Shown here: in pieces, positions 1-12,200 of the stretch
Layout of the letters: every line of letters starts with the position of its first letter
How positions within the stretch are numbered: the stretch's first letter is position 1
NCBI GenBank assembly: GCA_012295275.1
Contig: CM022672.1
Location: 20,646,001 to 20,710,000, forward strand
Origin: Chrysomallon squamiferum
Taxonomy: Eukaryota > Animalia > Mollusca
DNA: 64,000 bases
Direction of reading: 5' to 3'
The notes under the pieces: generated by a model
What the model was told of the DNA's origin: nothing
Database searches by the model: none
What the model saw: only the letters and a program-made list of their open reading frames with translations
Program-made: the position numbers and the translations under genes

Positions 1-291
1 ACCTTCGGACCTCTGCCCATGAAAGGATAGAGAAACCCTAACCCTGTACACTTTACAAAACCAATTTATTTTTTAAATTCTCTTTTATTTTGTTTTTATA
101 CAATATTTGTCATTTATACATACATTTTCGTATTTAAAAATATGTTACAAAAAATGGGGTGTTTATTGGGGGGCTGGAACGGATTAATTTCATTTGGGAA
201 AATTGATTTGATATACGAAAAAAAAAAAATTGAGTTACGAGCTCGGCCATGGAACGAATTAAATTCCATGTTAAAGTCAAGGTACCGTACC

Positions 292-327
<36 letters not shown>

Positions 328-591
328 TTATGTATGTATATATGTATGTATGTATGTATGTTTATATTTAGGTTATTGTATTTATCCTAGTAAACAATTA
401 TTTCAAGAACTTATGAAATGAAAAACTAAACTTAATAAAGATGGAACGTTGTACATTTATTTGTTAATATTACACAAATAAATCCGTCATTAACCGTCAT
501 TAATGACTACAATCATTTATTAAAATAACTCAGTTAAACATGTCTATTCCACTTGTTTCCAAAGGTTCTGAAATGAATTCTGATTTTGTTT

Positions 592-894
592 TTATCCAGT
601 AGATGACACTGCTCTGTAAAAGTCATTATAACTCAGAGGAAATGTCTCCGGTTGAAATCCTGGAAGAGCGTACGAAAAATATGGGTTATATGGAATTGAA
701 GGAACAACAGGGGCAGGTATCACTGGTGTTTTGTGTTGTCTTCTTGGAATGGTGCTTGTTGGAATGTCTCTTGATTGCAAAATTCTTAGAATGTTTTGTG
801 TGGCCACAGATTCAGCCTTGGAATCTACAACTTCCGCTTCCCGCTCCTTGTCACGTTTGTACTTGGTTCTTCGGTTCTGGAACCATACTTTCAC
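592..894 (-). CDS. Vax: Vax homeobox gene, coding exon 3 (homeodomain helix 3 and C-terminus)
   Basis: Seen: cag acceptor then VKVWFQNRRTKYKRD...; stop at 592-594. Phase-0 intron at the ETQ|VKVWFQN position typical of NK-like homeoboxes. Confidence 0.95.
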   Translation of the reverse strand: MKVWFQNRRTKYKRDKEREAEVVDSKAESVATQNILRILQSRDIPTSTIPRRQHKTPVIPAPVVPSIPYNPYFSYALPGFQPETFPLSYNDFYRAVSSTG

Positions 895-1309
895 CTGCAT
901 AGAGTTAAAATTTTATTACAATCAAATCTTTTTAAACAAATAATTTTTGTTGTTGTTTATAACTGTTGAAGTATGAATGAAATTATTTTATAAGTTTTGT
1001 TGCGAGGGAAATCAAACATAAACAGACATAATTATTTGTGATCAACAGATACAAAACCTTGTTAAAACACAAAGTTTATCGGTAACATAAATCGCGAATC
1101 CAGAATTTTTGAAAGGTATGCCGTCAGAGCATGGATAAAGATCTAACTTTCAAGATGATATTATTTTTATTTCGTTGAAAAGAGACGGAAAATAAAGACG
1201 ACGACGACGACAATGGATAGGTAAAACGAACGGAGGGGAGCCGAGAACGAAAGGATAAAAATGATATTTAAATAACAAGAATGTTTTAGACTTTAAATTA
1301 GCCACTGAC

Positions 1310-1497
1310 CTGTGTTTCTGACAGTTGTAAACGTGCTGACAAGTCGGTTCTTTCCTTGCCTACCAAATACTGGTTACGTTGAAATTCACACTCCAGCTGG
1401 CAGAGTTGTTCCGTGGAGAAGGTGGTTCTGGTTCGCTTGGGCCGATCTAAATCGAGAGCCTTTGGAAACACAAGTTCTTTGACCACACCATTAGCAT
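1310..1497 (-). CDS. Vax: Vax homeobox gene, coding exon 2
   Basis: Seen: (D)[62 protein letters not shown], flanked by tttcag and gtcagt. The [13 protein letters not shown] motif before the homeodomain is characteristic of Vax (established). Confidence 0.95.
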
Positions 1498-2075
1498 CTG
1501 AAAAATAATAACCAACAATTTCAAACTTTTAAAAACGATTCATTTTTAGAAACCTTTCTCATTTTTCTTCTGTTGTCACAAGAGACACATTTTAAAGATT
1601 TTTCGACGTTTTTTGATTGCAGTTTTATGCTCTAAAAGCACTTGGTGTAAGGACCTCAAAAACAGATGGTTCTTTCTCTCTAATTACACACACATCAATA
1701 GTGTGTGTATGTGTGTGATGCTGGCCCCATGACTGGCTGTTGTAAACAAATTCTACTGACTTTTAAAATTACAGAACATTCTTACTTATTCTTTTTTTTT
1801 TAATATCGGTATATTTTTTAACAATTACATATCCATAATATTATATTTTATTACTATAATTAATTTCTTTAATTATGTTGTCGTTAATAGAAAACGCATT
1901 TATTTTATACAGGACATGATAAAGATAAAAAAGTAAGTTCAAGGGTGCGTTAAAAAATATAATCTTTATTTATTTATTTAATTATGTTGTAGTTAATAGA
2001 AGACGCATTTATTTTAAATAGGAAAAGATAAATATAAGAATTTAACTTGAATGTCAACAATATGCAAATGTGCAT

Positions 2076-2077
<2 letters not shown>

Positions 2078-2169
<92 letters not shown>
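2078..2169. repeat. (GA)n microsatellite
   Basis: Seen directly. Similar (GA/CT)n tracts at 6675-6771, 29433-29540, 40498-40565, 44824-44893, 61473-61523 and 63229-63300. Confidence 0.98.
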
Positions 2170-2172
<3 letters not shown>

Positions 2173-4157
2173 ACTTCTAAAATCAGTGGAAAACATCTTT
2201 CCAGCATTATATAAAAGATCCACCCACAAGAAAACTGAATTATTGTGTCGACCACCCCGAAATCTTGTTGACATGTCAGGCATATAACAGATTATAACTA
2301 CTTATGTATTTCTTTTACCAGTTTTCGGTCATTTTCAACTTGGCAGAAATCACCGCTACAGTCTGAAATGATTCAATCATTCTTCAACACAAACTGCTCG
2401 TTTCCTAACAATGAATAACACATGCGCACCATTTGAATACAGCCGCATGACGTCTGCGTGGTGGCTGAATAGTTTAGAAAGTATTATAGAGTTTGACAGA
2501 TCCGTAGATGAATATACGATTTAATAAAGCCCATCGAATACAAATTCATAACGCATTCATTATATTTTCCGATTATTACTATTTGTCGACAATACGAGTT
2601 CGTGAATGGCTTCCACTTATATACAGAAAACACATCAGCTATGAGATTAACTAATTTGCCTCAAATTGTGCAAATCCATAAGCCCACATAACGAGACCGT
2701 TTTCTATGTTTCGATAACTTGGCCAAGAAGAAAAAACCCAAGAAAAACGGACGGACAATAATAAGTTTGACACGGCTCCCGGTCGACTATTATCCCAGCA
2801 TGCCGTAGGTGGTTACAAAGGCGTACGCCGTGGGAGCGATTCCTGAACAAAGCCTCGATTGTCCAAGCAATGTAATTAGCAGTCATATAGACGAACGCTG
2901 TTGACAAATTGAGGGGAGGCTAAAGTGCCCGGATACTAAAGAATGATGATAGACTGGAGAATGAAATAAATGCAACTTGTTTGAAACTGATTTGTGCTGC
3001 TCGAAGGTTTTGTGGGTTTGGCTACCGTCACACATGAGGAATCCGTTTCACGCACGTGACATCAACGATGATGTTTGCGGCATTGTTGTGAAATATGAAT
3101 ACCAGTCAAGCACCCAATAATCACTGCACTTGTAATTTTTTGGTAAATCTAGGGGAGGTTTTACCGTAACAAGCATACAATTAAGAAAAATAGAAAAGCA
3201 AAACATACAAGAAAACAAATTATTAGACAAAATTGTTTGACACAAATGTCTGTTTAGGTAAGTGTCTGTCGTCAAAGAGATTTCATATTTGAGTGTCGCT
3301 ATATGAAAAGCGGTTAAATTTGATGGAGATGACACTGACAACATGTTAAGTTGTAAGTGTACCTCACTATATAAATATGATTTTCTCAACGAGATTCTTA
3401 ACCGATATTAACAGCTCTTCAGTCCCCTTTACCACAATCGTCCGATTGCAGAGGTGTATTAACTAAGGTCATAGCGTTTATAGCCGTCGTTTTCAGATGT
3501 CATTAATTTTCTTCACATTTCAGAAAACATATCTTAATTTGCATTTAGAATAGCATATATAAAATTACCGTTTATTTATTAAGGTATAAATATTCTGTTT
3601 AATTATTTGACATTTCCCCGTCAATACGTTTTATAGCTTTATTATATTTAATACTAATGTAATATCCGTAAAAAAAAATTAAAAATTTAATTCAATAGTT
3701 TACCAGAGTCATGTACAAGATAAAGATTTAGTCAAAGAATAGTAAAACATTTCTGTGCAAATTTTCTAAAACACATCTTCAGATAAATTAAAAAAAAAAA
3801 AAAAAAAAAAAAATTACCACACAAAAAAACAAGCATAAACATTTTTTTTTTTTAATTAAAATAAAATCAACCAAACAAAACAAACACCGAAAAGCCTGAG
3901 CTAGGCTTCAGTATGTTTAGCCATTAAACTTAATAATGTAATTTATAATAAATTACTAAGACAAGTATTTAGAAGGTTTACGGTTTTATCGTGCTAGTTT
4001 TTACATCATTCTGTCTCTCTTTATTTATTTTCTTTACATCAAATAAACGAATAAGGACATTTGCAAATAGATAATAACAATCTGAATAGCTTTAAAAATC
4101 TCATTTCAGAAGTCAAAACAGCCATCAAATAAAAATTATTGAAAAAGAAATGTTCAA

Positions 4158-4206
<49 letters not shown>

Positions 4207-6026
4207 TTTTTTTTTTTTTTTTTAAGTAGATCGGTTTATAAAGTAGTCAATTGTTCGGCGAATAAAATAAACCTATTATAATTATTAAAATAGCAATAGC
4301 GCTTTGCAAAGCTTGAGTTCAGTCAAGCAGAACATTTTTATTTTTATGCGTTCATTATGTATTAGAAAATTCTCTTCAAGAGCACTGTAGTGGCGCTATT
4401 TAAGAAACAAAACAGATGTCGAATAAAATTAATTAGAAAATCCTAGAATGATTGATTAACTACAGAAATTCACTGATTGGTGGATCAGTACTGGCAGATA
4501 TAATTAATTTTGAGAAACTGTTAAACTAATGTTAGAAGTAGTGATCAGAAATGTCAGGTTATATGGTCGGCCTACTTTAGTTCTTGAAAGCATGAAAAGT
4601 TAACAAACGAATAATGATTTTATGGAGGTAGAGGTAAACTGAAAAATAAATTTAAAAGAATGACAGATAAATAAATTTCAGAATCACATTTAGGTTGAAA
4701 AATTAATTTTAAACTCCTGGTGTAAGTTTTATGCTAATTATGAAAGGATAATTTTATACAAAGTAGAACAAGATTAGTATAAATGAATAAATAAATAAAT
4801 AAATAAATAAATATTCCTATTAAAAAGTTTGTCGCAGTAAGTTTCAAATGAAGAAAGATTGAATTTTCAATGAGAGAATATGATACAATTTTGTAGTAAA
4901 TGTTGGAAATTACCACAAGTACGCACACAATACATATGAACTCTCGTTAGTTCCTAGCATGCAATAAAATCATAAACCGATATATATTTTTAATATGCTG
5001 CAAATTAATAACAGAAAACAGAAAACGACTAAACTTAATATGAAACTAATATTTATTGAATAAAATCTATTACAATATTTTAAATTTAGGAAAATTTTAG
5101 TTATCAAAGATATACATAAATTATTTACATGTAATATGCATTATAAACAAGTTTGAAAAATTTGAATATAAAGAAAACTCCATAATTATTTGAAATGACC
5201 TAAAGTTATTAATTTATTTCTGTAAAATATAAGCGATTCATGTGTCTCCTTTTTTCCTAATTTTTACATTACCGATTTTCTTTGTAAAATAATAATTAAG
5301 TCTGCTATCATCTGAATCGTTATCATTATTTATTTATTTATTTATTTGCTTGTTTGTTTGTTTTACAGAGGAGAATTTATTTATTAACTTAATTTTTATT
5401 GCTACTTTAAGTTTGAATTTTAATCTAATTTGATGAATTGTTAAAATAATTCAGTCTAATATTAACAGAGGAACATAATTATAATTTTAACTAAAAGAAA
5501 CTTAAATCAGTGTTTATATATACAGACACAGAAAATAAAAACGATATGAGATTTATAAAATGTATGCATGTATGTATGTATGTATGCATGTAAACCTATT
5601 AATTCTATTAGAAATTCCGAAAGGAACTAGTATATATATATATATATCCTATGTCTTAAGTAATTTCAATTTTGTTGTATGTACAATGATAATCACTTGT
5701 TTACACACCATTGGTCCAGATGCAAATGGAAGATAGTAATAAATTATTCAGATTTAAAAACAAAACAACAACAAAATAAAACAACAAAAACTCCAACAAC
5801 AACAACAATAATAATACTAATACTAATACAACTACTACAACTACTGCTACTACTAATAAATAAATAAAACCTAAATAAGCAAAATCCCTTTAAAAATAAA
5901 ATTGATTAATTTATGAACTTTTATAAACATCATTTTATATATCAAGAGCAAAATAATAACAATTTCTGTGTCAATGGGTTCTTTCGAACTGAAAAAGATA
6001 TTAAAATCTTCACCTGCATTGGACTG

Positions 6027-6068
<42 letters not shown>

Positions 6069-6670
6069 GTTGTTGTTGTTGCTGTTGTGTCGTTGTTGTC
6101 ATCGTCACCATTTGAAATAAATAAAAGAAATACGTGTATATATTGTTAGTGAATGATATATGAATGTTGAAAAAGTATGTTTTATGTTTTAAATGATTTA
6201 TGTTAATTAAATATTAAAATATATACCATGCTATTGATATTCGTGTGTTTTTTCTACATTTCTTTTTCAGTTATTATTATTATTATTATTTTTAAATTGA
6301 AAATATCGATAATATTATAAGAAAAATGCCTTAAAAAAATAATAACAACCAAAAAAGCGTAATGCTGTTATTATTAGTAGTAGTAATAGTAGTATTGGTA
6401 TTAGAATTGGTATTAGTATAATTAATATTATTTGTTACAGTGGTTTCCGGTTTTTCCTTTATTTGAAATATTCTAATATAAAACTTAAAATACATACTGC
6501 TTATTTCCCCACTTCACTGATTATAATAAAATAATAGTTAAAAAGAGTAAAAAAATGTTTTAAACACAAATAAGAATGAAAAATAATCATAAATGGGACA
6601 GTAGAATTAACTGGATTTCCTGCTTACTTTATATTATTCACAGTGTACACAATGTACAATAATTATAAAC

Positions 6671-6774
<104 letters not shown>

Positions 6775-7646
6775 CACACACACACACACACACACACACA
6801 ACAATTTAGAAAACAGCTAAATTATATTTACTATTGTATAGAGGTGGAAAGTTATTAAATTAAACATTTTCAATGATACAAAATATTATTAAAGAATTTA
6901 TTGAATATTTTGAACGGTTGCTGGTTGCTCAACCATTGAACTAGAACTTTATGAAAATTGTTTACTCTTTCTTCTCATGTTATTTTAAGGTATCAGATTA
7001 GATATATAATTTAATGTCTATTGTGTTTTTATTATCTTTATTTGACTTGCGCGGTACTTATTTTTCAAACTGTCATCAATTTTTAAATTTTTTTATTTAT
7101 ATGCATGCAGTTCCCTGACGTTTATTAAATCAATTATTATTTTGTGTGTTTCTGCGTGCGTGTGTGCGTGCGTGTCCTCTTTTTGTGTGGTATGTATGTA
7201 AGTTTGTGTATCTGCGTGTCTATGTGCAGAGTGTGAATAAATATTCTAACTCATTTTGACAACAAAAGGAAAATAAAAATAAAAATCTACTGAAACATGA
7301 TTTTAAATGTTAGGGATCATTTTATTATCTTTTAAAAAACAAAAATAATATCAAACATATCAAAAATATCTATAAAAGTATTATATTCATTAAAATAATA
7401 ATTTTGATCACTGCCCAATCTGTCTCTCCCACGTACAGGCTTAAAAGATTTAACTGTTTCATTTTCTTACTAATTCTAATAATAACATACGCAAATATTA
7501 TATATGTTTTATACATACATACACACATACACACATAAACAGACTGGCAATTACAAACACACACACACACACACACACAAACACACAAAAGTTTAACTGA
7601 GTAAATAAAAAAGTTAACAAACTCTATATATATTATAATGTCCTAC

Positions 7647-7743
7647 CTTGAATTTGTATGCGTTGACAATAATCAGGGTACGATTCATCAAAACTAGTCG
7701 TTTTTTCCTGCGTCGAGGACCTCAGAGTTTGATACCTGTCCAT
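7647..7743 (-). CDS. Vax: Vax homeobox gene, coding exon 1 (not in ORF track)
   Basis: Seen: ATG at 7743, MDRYQTLRSSTQEKTTSFDESYPDYCQRIQIQ+G|gtagga. The phase-1 end matches exon 2 (G|AT=Asp). DYCQRIQIQD resembles vertebrate Vax DYCRRILVRD. Spliced CDS 97+188+303=588 nt, 195 aa. Confidence 0.85.
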
Positions 7744-7939
7744 CTCATCCAACGATCTATAATACAAATTCCTTTTTTTTTTTTTTTTTTTTTTTTTTCA
7801 AATTCTTATGTTATTACTTTTCTTTTTCTAAATTAATGTTCAAGTAATCGATGTCGGAAGACGAGGTAAAACAATATGATTTTTAATTTTTTTTTAAATC
7901 TTAGGTGACAGATTTGAAGCGAGTATTGCTTTGAGGAGG

Positions 7940-8070
7940 TTATTGGTGGCTGTTTTATAAATATTGTCAACAAAATCACCCCGGGGTGCCGACACGTCAC
8001 GTGTTCTGCTCTATGGGGTGCACTTGGCTATTTGTGCACGTGGAATGAGTGACGTACCGCGGCACGGTCT
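7940..8070 (-). promoter_or_regulatory. Probable Vax core/proximal promoter
   Basis: Seen: minus-strand TATAAAA at 7953-7959, ~210 bp upstream of the ATG. Just upstream is a GC-richer patch with CACGTG E-boxes (~7998, ~8037) and a TGACGT CRE-like site (~8050). Function is inferred. Confidence 0.5.
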
Positions 8071-8469
8071 TTCAAGTGGCTGCGGAAAACTGTTTTGAAC
8101 AGAAACGGTTCGGTTGTTGCAAAACAGACAAATGCAGGTATATTATTAACATACCAATTGCCGAAAAACATGCAGTTGAAGTATTTAAACACTTACGATT
8201 TGGTTTTAGGAAAACAGACACAATAAAACATTGGCTGTACAGAAGATATTAAATTGATTTGCATTTTTTTGTATTTGTGTGTTTGTGCATGTTTATGAGT
8301 GGTCTTAAATAATGAGAATGGAAATACACACACACAGACGGAGCGAGGGATAATAAAATAATTACAGAAACACTGCGTTTTGATTTCATTATCAGTCCTT
8401 TTTTAATTTCTTCTTTAAAATAAAAATAAAAAAACCCTCAGTGCAAATCTACCGCAACTATAAGAAATG

Positions 8470-8531
<62 letters not shown>

Positions 8532-8719
8532 TTAATAATGTAAAAATACAAATTAAATTAAATTAAATTAATTTTTTTTTTTTTTTTTAAGAAAAAAACA
8601 CAATTGAATAAATTTAAAAAAACCCACAAAACAACCATAATACTTAAAGAAATATTTCCTTTTACTTTTTGTTTTCATATATTTTTATTTGAAATAACTG
8701 GAACGCTAAGAAAATAACA

Positions 8720-8734
8720 ACAACAACAATAATA

Positions 8735-8805
<71 letters not shown>
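8720..8805. repeat. (AAT)n microsatellite
   Basis: Seen directly. Similar tracts at 4158-4205, 8481-8535, 29211-29255, 44110-44183, 46820-46880 and 60965-61042. Confidence 0.97.
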
Positions 8806-9196
8806 TTTTTTTATGTATCTAAACAAGAAAACATATGAAGATTTTTTTCAGTGCACGGGATGAATGGTGTATTCAGCTGAAGTATTTCCAACCAACGTCT
8901 ACTAATTTTCCATGCGAGTGAATATTAACAATTAACGACATGCTCGAGAACCATCGATACTATGATGATGGTTTCTGGAGCATTACGAATGTCTCAGTGT
9001 GTATAATTATTTACATGAAAACATTCTCTCAAACAGAACGCAACATATTCAGTCTAAAACTTAATAATATCTTCTTTAAACATCCTGTTTTATTATGATT
9101 GTGATGGACTGTTTGTTATTATTATTATTGTTGTTGTTGTTGTCGTTGTTGTTATCAGTAGCAGTATTGTTATTGGAGTTATTACTGTATGTGTGC

Positions 9197-9230
<34 letters not shown>

Positions 9231-12200
9231 ATGTTTAAGTATGTAATTCATTAATGTTACCATCGTGTGTTTTTGAATGTCACTGGAGGCTTTTTTCCCC
9301 AATTTTAGTGTTAACTTACATGTTAGTATGTATGGAATGTTGACGTGTGTGAAAATGTGTTATAAAGAAAATTAAATGCGTACGTCCGTGTCTCTTATGT
9401 TATGCTATCATAGGTTTTATAATCAGTAGAAAAATACACGTAATTTTCAGATTAAAACTGAACGCTTGAACGAATTAATTGGTTACAAATCTATATTACA
9501 TATAATTATTTTTCTTCATTATGTTTTTATCAATTATTATTATTACTTTTTAAATAATGAAAATGGTTGTAATTTATTTTACTTGATACAGTTTCACAAT
9601 CAAAATGCCATTTCAGTTAAAAAACAAAAAACAATTTCGAAAATCAAACTATGAAATAAAAACAGATATATAAATTTGTAAATAAATTAAAGGGAAAAAA
9701 AGTGTTATGAGGACAGCTTAATGGTAATAAAGAGAAAAATTTAATATATCACATCATCGAAGAAAACATTTTATAAATTGAACCCTGATATTCAAAGGTA
9801 AACCTTTGTTGTCGGTTTTTTCTCCCAATAATTACTGAATACAAATCTTCATGTTCTCATATAATGTAATCTTTTTATTTACTTTTTGCTCGCACCATTT
9901 AATGTTTCTTCGTCTTTATTTTTAACATAACAAAATACTTTCTCTTTTGTAAATATATATATATATATTAATAAGATGTATCTTTATTTGACTTGTATTT
10001 AATTATTAATTATAAAATGTCAGTTTTCTGCGCACATGCAGTGAAAGAGAGCGAAATAAAAAGTTGTAAAATAGGTTCTGTCTACAAATACACAGACCGC
10101 GATTACCAGCTGAAGTAATGCATTTCGACAACTTAATGACTGGGTTGGAGTCTACCCCAGCTCAGAGGTCTAGAAAACACATCTTTGTTAGTGCTAGATA
10201 ATAACAGGAGACAGGTGAACTGTGGTTACAGATGACACTTGTTGCAGATGTAGCTGATAGGTTTACACTGAAACTCATCGATACGTTGCGACTAGACATA
10301 CTTGTCGCTGGGACCCAGTCCATCGCCTCGATGTCGCAGTGATAAGATCATGCTCTGTTGTTTGACACACTCTTTGAACACAAGATTACCTCGCATTAGC
10401 GGGTTTAATGCCGGCTGTCAACAAGAACATTTCTTTCACTCATAATTGTATTATAATGTTAAAAAAAGAAGAATATTTTGAGTTAAACTGACAAGCATGG
10501 AATGCGCAGGCAAAATACGAGATGTCTTTCAGTACGAAGTTTATTGAATGGTTTTTCTTGGTTTGTCATCACTATTAAATACTTGTAAAAATATACATTT
10601 CGCATAATTTATGCATAAGAAAATGTATATTACGAAACAAGTAATATACGAACAAATTTATATGCTAAGAAATAAAAATGCAAATGAAATTTAAGAATAA
10701 AATATGTAACCTAACCTAGTTCATTTTTTGTTCTTTTGGCAAATATGTCGATAATGTTGTGTATACATTGAGACAAATAAATAAATAAATAAAAATAAAA
10801 ATAAGAAAACGACCCAAAAATCAGTCAAATGAAGCCCGAACAACAATCTTTATAAAACGTAACATATATTAATTATTGTTGCTATGCAACAAATAATTAA
10901 AGTTTAAAATAAAAGAAAATAAGTGAAACGAATAATATTCATAATGGAATTGTTTATTTTACCAGTTGCCATATGACTTAATTTCCATACGATTATATCA
11001 GTTAATAGACGATTTACTATTCATACTGTTATATCAATTATCAGATGATATTTTCATTTTATGAACGTGTGAGTAATGGATTCTAAATATATTGTTTACG
11101 TAATTACATAAATACATACTTTATTATTTACTTTATTGATAAATAAGGAGATATACAATAAATAAATAAAAAAATCAGATGAAAGAACAAAAGTAGTGAA
11201 ACTGAATAATATTCGAACTGTAATATTAGATATCATATGAATTTCATTTCCTAAATGCTTGACGAAACGGGTTATAAAAATAAGGTTTGCATAATACATA
11301 AAATATTCTTCATTATTTACGTTACATTTAATCTTTAATTTTTAACACGAAATCTGCAAAAGCCTGTCCAAATGTGTTGCCTGCAGACACTTTCCATATG
11401 GCACCAGTTATTCAAACAATGCCAATTTGCTCCTGGTGGATCATTGTAAAACAACAATGAGTGCGCCCAGTGAACAACTCTTTCTCTAATTGACCGTGGT
11501 GGAAACTGCAAATTGAGGGTTCCTTCACTGCAACTCATCACCTGAGCAGCTTTCTTTGTAAGGTACAAAATAATCGACGTATTGCAAAGCGCCCCGCCTC
11601 TTGCCTCCAGTCATTAGTGGTACGGGGTTGGGGGTAGGTTTTAAAGAGACCAGATATTGTTTAGCACGTGTCGTCTTAAATAATTTAAAGTGAGAGTCTA
11701 ACGGAGATTAATAAAAGGCAATAACTTTGGTGAAAAGGAAAAATTTAAAGTTAATGAGATCCCCTGGTGTGTTTTGAAATAACCCAATAACAGCTAAATC
11801 TGGCCGCTTAATAGGGATGTTTGATAATAAACAATATTTAAAAGCAATTAAACCGCAGTGTGAACTGACTCTTCCTTGATGACATCATGTTCCTTTGAAC
11901 GAGATTTCACGAGACGTTTTCGATGGCGGGAGGTCGCACAGTGAGGCATTTCTGTTTGATAGTATTAAATGCTACAAAGCCTATTCTGCCAAGCGGTGAG
12001 AAGACAAATGATGAGATATTGAAAGACAGATGTTGCCGGTTTCAATATTATGCATTTAGAAATGTTTGACCGAATCGAGTGCAGGTTCCAATGTCCTAAT
12101 AATTGGAGTTAAAAACGACAGGATGTTTTTGTTATGAAATATACCTATTTCTCGTTATAACTCTTTTTAGCATGAATTTTAAAAATGCTAAACGTAATAA

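Noticed and set aside
603-943. Plus-strand ORFs overlapping Vax exon 3 (also antisense ORFs at 26825-27239, 58543-58957 and 28958-29161)
   Set aside because: Antisense shadows of real coding exons with no independent coding features.
1974-2283. ORFs with poly-LS, poly-I, poly-N, HT or CV runs here and throughout the window
   Set aside because: Translations of (GA)n, (AAT)n and (CA)n microsatellites.
2319-2362. cag...gtaaaa-flanked 44-nt micro-exon in Vax intron 1
   Set aside because: Length is not a multiple of 3 and it has a stop in the frame required to join exon 2.
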